A stretch of DNA of 64,000 bases, from positions 67,146,001 to 67,210,000 of the forward strand of contig OZ024745.1 of assembly GCA_964016885.1 (NCBI GenBank), in the 5' to 3' direction. Of this stretch, positions 54,804 to 64,000 are shown one piece after another. Both the position numbers and the translations under genes were made by a program. The notes beneath the pieces were generated by a model that was given only the letters and a program-made list of their open reading frames with translations, made no database searches and was not told the DNA's origin. Position 1 is the first letter of the stretch, and every line of letters begins with the position of its first letter. The stretch is from Eledone cirrhosa (lineage: Eukaryota).

Positions 54804-55375
54804 TATGTAGAACGACTATTGTCGCGGGTGGGACCAATCCAGTTGACCGCCAAGTCCATTGTCCTGATCAAACCGCCACCCTCCTTCAAAAACGAGGGAG
54901 AGGCGGTTTTCCTATGTGTTATGGCTATGGTGAAAGAGGTTATATGGTAGACGAGGTTAAAAGGGCTGAGGCCAGACACGTTTCTCTCCGGCGAGCAACT
55001 GATTCGTTTTTTCAAATATCATTTTGGAAGAAGAATCAGGATGAGAGAGAGGTGCTGTACCCCAGCAAATTTTATAAAAGGTGGGTGAATGTGGCAAAGA
55101 TGGCCCGAGTGGTTGTTTCTTCTCTCTATATAAGCCTGTAGGTTGAGGAAAAAGAGGAAGAGAGGAATGGAGTACTCACTGTTGGTGCTCCTGGAGATGA
55201 GGGTTGTACATTTTTTCGGGGTGTGTACAACCCCTGTGTAACACATCCCCCCTATTGGGGATTTCAATTGTTATTTGTTATTGTATTAATAGTTTTATTT
55301 TCATATACCTGTATGTAAACTCCCCATTTGTATTTGTCCCCTTCTTTTGTGCCCTTGTGGTTAATAAAGAAATGT
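54804..55375 (+). mobile_element. Tx1-like 3' fragment in (TATC)n
   Basis: YVERLLSRVGPIQLT..; 3' UTR like 16062-16300; AATAAA then TATC. Confidence 0.85.
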
Positions 55376-55826
55376 ATCTATCTATCTATCTTTCTATCTC
55401 TCTCCCTCCCTCGCTTTCTCTCTTTCTCTCTTTCTCTATTATTTTTTCTTCAAAATGGCTGACAGAATATCTATCTCTCTCGCTCTCTATCTCTCTCTCT
55501 CTTTCTCTCTCCCTTTCTCCCTCCCTCCCCCTCTCTATTATTTTTTCTTCAAAATGGCTGACAGAATACACACGCTTTTCCTTAAAACGTTTTTCTTTCT
55601 TTCCTCTCCTCACTCTCTATATTTCTATTTCATCTTTTATTTATCATTTTCATTTCTGATGAAGAACTAGTGACCAAAACATAACAACTCGTTTCCTCCT
55701 TTATCAAGCATTGAACTAATATATTTCTTCATTGTACTGTTATTGTTTGCATACGTATATAGGTGTATGTCTCAGTGTTTGTATGTGTGAGTGCTTATGT
55801 GTGCCTCTGTGTGTGTGTATGTATGA

Positions 55827-55884
<58 letters not shown>

Positions 55885-56536
55885 GTGTGCGTGCGTGTGT
55901 GTGTGCGCGTGTGTGTGTGATGTGTGTGTGTGTGTTTGCAATCAAATATATAGAGAGATAGATAGAGCGAGTAGAGCGAGAGAGTTAAAGAATAATAAAT
56001 TATTACAGATTGCATCACCCGGTTTAATTTTACGTTATGAAAACATAAATTCATATACTTATTCAAATATATATAGAAACCATATATCAAATGGTAACTC
56101 GTCTTAAATTACCCTATAAATATTGCCTATCATTATAACGGTGCAGAAATATTCCATAATAATATATATAGTCATAAATTATTTAATATTTCTGTATTAC
56201 TATACACATATGATCATGATTTTGGAGCGAAAATGGCCATTTCTACATAATGAAAGCTGTGTCGAGTTCACTTGAAGTTAATTTTAGTTCATTTCAAAAA
56301 TGTCAAAATTTGATATTAATCTCAAACGTAGATATATGGTTTGTGTATGATCTAATTCAAGAGGGACGCCATATCATTAAATCATCCAATCATTATGCTG
56401 AGTATATTTATTCTGAATAATGATTCACCAATATGTTAGAGCATATAATTAATGTAAATGATGTTCTTTTAAGTTATATGCTTCAATCTACATTTTCCTT
56501 GGTCTGCGTTGAAAGAATCAACGATGTACACTGAGG

Positions 56537-56736
<200 letters not shown>

Positions 56737-56741
56737 TAGAT

Positions 56742-56795
<54 letters not shown>

Positions 56796-56796
56796 G

Positions 56797-57025
56797 TGGA
56801 AGCGTCATGCTGCCAAAATAACATATGCACCTCTTGGTTTTCACTTCAATTTATTACAAATTTCTAATAGGTTGGTTTAATAACCGGATAGTTGTTTACT
56901 TGTTTATTGTCAAAAATCTTTCCTCGTGCATTCTGAGACCTCCTCATTGACTAGTTTGCTATTTTACGTCTCCCCTTTGTTCTAATCTATACCATCTTGT
57001 TTTTGTGTGTTGTGTCACAAAAACA
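56797..57025 (-). mobile_element. PLE pLTR fragment (family of 14627)
   Basis: Similar to 14635-14905; decayed hammerhead. Confidence 0.65.
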
Positions 57026-57029
57026 AGTT

Positions 57030-57680
57030 AGTGTAGGGCAGAACAATGGAGACCCTTTCCGTCGAGGTAGGCACAAAAGCCCATCTCACGATCCTACCAA
57101 CTACGGGCTCAGAAGAGTTGAGTGAAGGGCCCCTGAAAGACCACACATCCGCTTGGGATCGAGTAACTTCGCCCGTCGTGGTCTGCCAAAGACTGGATTG
57201 TGTCCTTGTTGTCAGGACACGCCTCCGTTACTCGAGCCAGTCGAACGGCATTCGTATCTAAGAGCATGCTGTCTAGTTCTGACAATGCAGCCTACTACGA
57301 AGTCTATCTAAGCTGGCTCTACAGATCACAAATTTTTCGTCTGTGTAATCGATTACTTTGAATTGTGCACAGCTTACGCTAGTCTTATCTACTTCCCTAA
57401 AGAATACTCTATCTAGATACGATCTGAATGACCCGATGCGGTTTGTCCATGTCCACATTGGCACATTCGAGAAATCTAGTCTGTACTTTTACACTTTCTT
57501 CCCTTATCTGCTAGCCCAACACATTCCCAGTGTTCATCTAAGCTACCTGTCTAATCGCCCATTAGTACTAAAGAGCGAGATGTTCCTAGAAAGGTCTCGA
57601 GGCGCCTGAAGAAACCAGGCCGTTCGGACCATGTCAGGACATAGACAGCCACTAGCCTGAAAGTATACCTTTTGCTGCAT
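57030..57680 (-). pseudogene. Degenerate Tx1-like endonuclease fragment
   Basis: PMWTWTNRIGSFRSYLDRVF..DYTD.KFVIC, similar to 6660-6830. Confidence 0.75.
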
Positions 57681-58275
57681 GTAAGTGGAGTTACACTGAA
57701 GCAAGTGATGGATTTCAGATATCTAGGGGCCGTTTGACAAAGGTTTTGAAAGCTAGAGACTGAATTAAATGCAAGAATAGCTGAAGCCGGTGCAGGAATA
57801 CTCCAGATTCAGCACTTGGTCATCAGATGAAGGGACGTAGGTGTAAATAACACAATAGCTATCGTCAATTTGGTGTTCGTGCCCTTATCTATGGTCATAA
57901 ATCTTAGCTAATGGCTGAAAGAAAATGATCGTAAATATCATCGGCAGAAAAGGGCTTTCTCTGAAATGTCTCTGGAGCAAGGCTACCAGAAATTAATGGT
58001 TCGCTCCCGGTAGTGTCACTAGTTTTCCGAATCGAGAGGTCAGAGCTCAGGTACTATGGACATGCGTTTAAAATGCCTAAGGAAATAATTGTTGGATATA
58101 TTTTACGGGCAAAGCCAACCGGAGATCAGGTGGCAAATTATGAGCAATATGGTTGGATAACACACATGACCTCGGCTGGTTTCGCTTGAAAGTTAAACTG
58201 CATCATCTGGAGACGGTTGCTTCTGATAGGACCTCAGGACGCACCCTAGAATAAGTGGGCAAAGAAGAAAAAAAA
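57680..58275 (+). mobile_element. Degenerate RTE 3' fragment
   Basis: LKQVMDFRYLG..YYGHA..WLDN; similar to 25750-25990. Confidence 0.6.
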
Positions 58276-58799
58276 CAATAGTGAGGGAGGTGCTGGCTGT
58301 TTATGGTATTGTGATGTATAGATGCAAATTACATTAACTATGGATCTCTATTAACTGTGGAATCTATAGAAAAACAAAACAACTAATCAAAGTATATTCC
58401 AGCACAATAAAATGAATAGTATAGCAACCGACTACTTAATAATATAGTGAACTTTGCTAAAATTATGCGATCAAAAGCATACTTCTAGGATTATATGAAA
58501 GGATAATATTAATACAATGATACCGACTCATCGTTGAGGTTTTCTCTGTTTTCCGTCTCACATTGGTATGTATAATGTCCAATCGTATTTCACTAGCGTG
58601 ATGGCGGTGATATATGGTTTCTACTGTTTCATGAACATAATATGAATGAGAGAAAACAAATGGAGGGAAACATAAACTAAAGGAAAAATAACAATAGAAA
58701 GGATATAAAATGTTTAATATAATTATAACAATGTGAGAATATGATCAAAGTTATCTTGCGTAACGTCCATGAAATAAGTACAATAACAACAACAATAAT

Positions 58800-58920
58800 A
58801 AGGATTTCTAGTATAGGCACAAGGCCAGCAATTTGGAAGGGATGGGAAAGTCGATTAAATGGACCCCAGTGCATTAATGGTACTTTTATAGGATGAAAAG
58901 CAAAGATTACCTCGATTTGA
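58800..58920 (-). mobile_element. Partial SINE followed by (GAA)n
   Basis: ggcacaaggccagcaatt..ggatgaaaagcaaag. Confidence 0.65.
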
Positions 58921-59179
58921 AGGAAGAAGAAGAAGAAGAAGAAGAAGAAGAAGAAGAAGAAGAAGAAGAAGAAGAAGAAAAAGATTGGCGTTTACGAAAA
59001 CCGTTGGAAACTTGCAGGTTCCAGTCTCTTCCTATATTATGCTATACTCAAGGAGTTACTAAATAAAATGTTTCTTTTTTACCATGCTCTTATTTTTAAC
59101 AAGTACTCTGCTAATATATATGTGTATGCATGTGTGTATGCGTGTGTGTGTGTGTGTGCGTGTGCGTACATATATATAT

Positions 59180-59403
59180 ACACACAAAATACAACACACA
59201 CAACAAGATGGTGTAAGAGAGATAAAAAATAAAAGTCCAGTCACTGAGGAGGTCACAGAATGTATGACGAAAGAGCTTTGACAATATATAAATATCCATC
59301 CGGTTATCAGACCTACCAACCGACCGGAAATTTATAATACATTGATGTGAAAACCAACAGGTGCGTCTGTTTTTATTGGCAGCATGGCCCTCCCAACGAA
59401 TAA
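59180..59403 (+). mobile_element. PLE pLTR fragment with hammerhead (59240-59282)
   Basis: gtca-CTGAGGA-ggtcac..tgac-GAAA-GAGC-TT-tgac. Confidence 0.75.
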
Positions 59404-59415
59404 CTATATATATAT

Positions 59416-59447
<32 letters not shown>

Positions 59448-59460
59448 ATATATATATATA

Positions 59461-60229
59461 AAGAATTATTATATCTACCAACATATATATATACAGATGT
59501 ATACCTATGCAAGCAAATATATATGTTTTGTCCTAGTAACTTTGTGGTTCAATGCAAGGAGATGTAGAACAATTATATGAAAAACGTAAAATAAGAAAAT
59601 TATAGTAATTAGCTTACTTACTTAAATTTCACTCCAACTAATTAGTTTCTGAAAGTTTAAGTAAGTAAGCTAATTACTATAATTTTCTTATTTTATATTT
59701 TTCATATAATTGTTCTGCATCCCCTTGCATTGAACCACAAAGTTACTGAGACAAAACATATATATTTGCTTGCATAGGTATACATCTGTATATATATGGT
59801 GGTAGATATACAAATTCTTTATAATTATCTCCAAATTATTTTGTTGAGCAAAAATTTTCCAAAATTACTACTATAGTTCATAGTAACAGCTTGGCTACTG
59901 TCTTTTTAACACCCCACTCCTCACTGATCAACCTCGATGTCACGTGATTGATTCTTTTGAATTTGCCACCGAACAAGAAGGCAGTGATTTTTTTCTGTGT
60001 CTTGGAATTTAGTCCCCGCTTGCTCTATTCCATCCACTTAATATTTTTTGTATAATTTCCTTGTGTCCGCGCATCGCCAGGTATCTTAGCTGAGAATGAC
60101 TCCCTGATGACGAAAAGGTTTCTCCATGGTTTCCATTTGTAGACTATGTATATTCCCTTTCAGGAACTAATTAGTTGGAGTGAAATTTAAGTAAGTAAGC
60201 TAATTACTATAATTTTCTTATTTTACGTT

Positions 60230-60236
<7 letters not shown>
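59461..60236 (+). mobile_element. Non-coding element: inverted arm plus terminally redundant ~530-bp unit with hammerhead (60099-60181)
   Basis: 59461-59625 is the inverse of 59657-59820; 59657-59707 matches 60187-60236; actcc-CTGATGA..GAACTAATTAGTT-ggagt. Confidence 0.8.
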
Positions 60237-60272
<36 letters not shown>

Positions 60273-60378
60273 TAGAAGTTATATTTAATTTGTTGTAAGT
60301 CCGACAAACACGATTGTTTAAAACTAATTTAGAGCACTCAACAGTATTCTGGAGTTAATATTGAATAATATTACATAC

Positions 60379-60526
<148 letters not shown>

Positions 60527-60532
60527 CTCTTT

Positions 60533-60583
<51 letters not shown>

Positions 60584-60585
<2 letters not shown>

Positions 60586-60846
60586 AAATGTTAGATATCG
60601 CCGTATTTTGGCTAAAGAAATTAAAGAAATTATTTAGCCTGATAGTGGGGTTAAGAACCCTCGGAGAAATGGAAAAAGATGAGTATTGACGTACCATGTA
60701 GGTCAATACTCATCTTTTTCCATTTCTCCGAGGGTTCTTAACCCCACTATCAGGCTAAATAATTTCTTTAATTTCTTTAGCCAAAATACGGCGATATCTA
60801 ACATTTCTAATAATTTCAAATCAACTCGCTGTTTTGAAAATATTCT

Positions 60847-60850
<4 letters not shown>
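60584..60850 (+). mobile_element. Hairpin+tail element (~105-bp arms); relative at 15460-15575
   Basis: Perfect arms 60584-60690 / 60702-60808. Confidence 0.82.
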
Positions 60851-60876
<26 letters not shown>

Positions 60877-60881
<5 letters not shown>

Positions 60882-61033
60882 AAAGAGTTAGGACCCAGAC
60901 GGCTGAGATCCGGCCGTTTTAGCTGTCGAAACGAACGGAGCTCGGCCGTTGTGGTCCTGCCTCTTTTCCTATTAAGTATCGAGTACTCTGGTGCATTATG
61001 GTTCACCTGGTTCTTTACCACACTTTCTTTGCT
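60877..61033 (+). mobile_element. Hairpin+tail element, family A (diverged)
   Basis: gtcgaaacg..gagctcggccgt; tail gagtactctggtgcattatggttcacctgg. Confidence 0.7.
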
Positions 61034-61390
61034 ATATATATATATATATATTAAAATAGCAGATTAAAGTTTAAGCAAAGAATCGCTGCTTTCACCCTTA
61101 ACGGGATCTTCTGAAACTAAAAGAAGTAAATATATTTCGAAAAACGTTGCAACCGAAGGCAAACAGGAAGGCAATACTTTGGTTCGTGAAGACGTTCCCT
61201 GGCAATGGACGGAAAAAAGCGAAGATAATACGTCGTTATGTGGAGCGTTGAAAACAATTACACGCAAAGACAAAACCACGTTTATGGTATAAATGAAGTC
61301 GTAGACTAATATTCTATTTAGGAAACCGAATGACTCTCGGCTTCAGAGTTAAGAATAATGTAAATAAATTAGTAGAATGAAAATAACAGA

Positions 61391-61575
61391 TTATTAAAAT
61401 CAATCATAATTAAATATATACATACACTCACCTATATACAACATACGCGAAATCACCCGCCATGTATGCGTATATATGCACGAACACATAAACACGCGCA
61501 CATATACATAAACCCGCGCGACACCTGTACTCGCACACATACGAACGTATACACCAAATACACATTAAAAAAGGA

Positions 61576-61610
<35 letters not shown>

Positions 61611-63768
61611 ATATATGTGTGTGTGTGTGTGTATATACATATAATTATATAAACGTATATAAATATATACATATAAATACGTATATAACGCACGCGCACA
61701 CATACATACAGGTAAATACACATATATATACCTTACATACGTGCAAACACGCATACAGGCATACACACACAAACACAAAATACACATATACACATAACCA
61801 TAAACACATATACCAGTATATATAATATAATATATACACCTATAACAAATACAAGCATATATACGTACGAGAAAGCATACGTACATTCACAAAACATACG
61901 GATAAGGTATACTTACCTGTACCCATAAGTAATGGTATAAACATAAAATATACTTAGCTACCACATCAAGACATAAATTATCCGCGTATTGTTCGTACTA
62001 ACCGTTATGGTATAAAGTGGGGCTGTAATACAGGAAGGTTTTATACGATTTGTGTTTACAAGCCGAAATTGCCTCAGATATTTTGTTTAAGATTTTGTCA
62101 TTGGCGTAGAGTAATTCCTGGGCGTCAGCGGCGTTAAGATCGCTTGGTCTTTATTTCCGTTATACGATCTAGCTTTAGCTAGGATCTCCCAGTGTAACCT
62201 ATATTGGGTGTGGTTGACTTTTAGACTCCAGATATAAGCTGAAAGTGACGTCATATTCCTTCTTAAAGGGTTTAGAAAAGAATGGGTGTGCATCTAAAGA
62301 CGCTGCTTGAATCTATTGGCGGTTAACCCTATGTAGGCCCTACGGGACGTGGGTGTTTCGACCTTACATTTGTAGACAATGTTACTAGAGAAGCATTTCC
62401 CGGATAGAGGGCAGTCAAGCCGATTCCTACAATTACAATTAGTACTAGCTACAGGGTTGCACGTGTTCTTACGGCTAGGTAATGTAGCTGAATTTGAAGC
62501 AGTGATGTTATGTGCAATGTTATGAGTCGTAGAGTAGGATATTTTAATGTATTTCTATTAAAAATGTTATTATATTTATGTGCTGAAGGGAAATGCTTCT
62601 TAATAACGAAGAGAAAGATCTTAGCTAATGGTGTGGTCACCTCCATATGATATGGTGGGTTATACCATATAATGCGTTGGGGTCTATTTTTCCTTGGTCT
62701 CTGCTCATACTTAGCACATGCTACATTATCGACAAATCCACTCCGAGCAAGAGGTTCATTGTAATATGTGGAATGGTCGGTGAAAATATGCTCGTTTGTA
62801 GAGAAAAGAAGGAAAAGGCCGATATTAGAAATCTATTAGATTTGTTTATCCAAATAAAGTCGTCGAAATTAATCACCGACTTACTGTCATTGAGGATGAC
62901 GTCAACTTCGAAATCCTTAACCACCGTGAGCGTTTTAACGAAATTTATAGCTCTAAGAAGTGGTAAAGTGATGGAGGAGTAGTCGTTATTGATGTCGAAC
63001 TGGATAAAACGGCAATGTTCTTTGTTGCATATGCCATTGTACCAATCAATCACCGCGAAAGAATTATTCCACAGTGCAAGAGGGGCAATGCTTCTAATTT
63101 CAGGTATAATTCTATCTAAAATCCTTTTACTAAGTCTACTTGAAAGAGACTTCGTAGGGTTAATTAGCCGAATAGAGGAGTTGTTGGCGAAATTTGGTTT
63201 GTGATCCTTCAGGGTAAAGTTGGGAGTACCAGAGGTTCAGTCCGGTCCTGGATGTTGGGTTCAGAAGTGATTTTAAACCCAACGTCGTTGATGTCATTAA
63301 TTGTTTCTACTTTTTGGCACAAGGCCAGCAATTATCTCAGTTCATTACTGGTACTTTATTTTATCGACCCCGTAAGGATGATATGCAAAGTTAACCTCGG
63401 CGGGATTTCAACTCAGTCCCTAAAGGGAAGTAACTCTTTGCTGCAAAGCATGGCGTCCGACCCTCTACCGATACTGCCAATTAATGACACTCCGATTGGT
63501 TTTCCGGTAATCGTTAGTTGCAGCATTATGTAGCAGTTGATGGTAAGTACTGCGCTCCACTTGATATAGATTGCCAGTTTTGACGGAGAGGATGTGTATG
63601 CGTGTTTGCACGTATGTAAGGTGTGTAAATGTGTACATTGTGTTTTGGGTGACGTGGTTTGGTGAACATATGTGCATTTACCTGTAGATGTGTGTGTGCG
63701 TGCGTTATATAAGTATTTAAATGTGTATATTTATATACGTTTATATAATTATATGTATACACACACAT

Positions 63769-63811
<43 letters not shown>

Positions 63812-63992
63812 TTTTAATGTATATTCGGTGTATACGTTCGTATGTGTGCGGGTACAGGTGTCGCGTGGTTTTAAGTATGAGTGTGCGTGTTTATGTGTTC
63901 GTGCATTTATATGCATGCATTGCGAGTCTTTTCGCGTATGTTGTATATAAGTGAGTGTATGTATATATTTAATTATTATTGATTTTAATAAC
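61391..63992 (-). mobile_element. Old Naiad-like PLE with inverted terminal arms (61391-61755 / 63595-63992)
   Basis: KTGNLY, TLKDHKPNF..IRLINPTKS, VIDWY..FIQFDI, CNCRNRLDCPLSGKC, YIGLT; multiple lesions. Confidence 0.82.
63298..63481 (-). mobile_element. SINE nested inside the PLE RT
   Basis: Reverse complement of the 28186 family, interrupting the reading frame. Confidence 0.87.
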
Positions 63993-64000
63993 CTCATTCA

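Noticed and set aside
55645-55700. CTGATGA motif
   Set aside because: No matching GAAA or stem I partner

Overview
AT-rich eukaryotic intergenic DNA, probably from an octopod cephalopod (inferred from the abundant tRNA-derived SINE family). I find no recognisable host gene. The window is almost entirely mobile elements and microsatellites, and each retroelement family sits in its own repeat type. R4/Dong-like RLE elements are stacked in (TAA)n, with a second family in (CATA)n. Tx1-like L1 elements occur in (ATT)n and, as a three-element stack plus a 5'-inverted copy, in (GATA)n. Penelope-like (GIY-YIG, Naiad-like) elements sit in (TA)n, including a 5.2-kb palindrome. There are also RTE fragments, SINEs and non-autonomous Helitrons. 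The most notable hidden structure is a dense population of short non-coding 'hairpin + tail' elements in (TA)n. These elements and the Penelope terminal repeats carry about 12 complete or near-complete minimal hammerhead ribozymes, and in several families the fold-back point lies in the ribozyme's stem II. All calls come from manual reading and were not checked with software.
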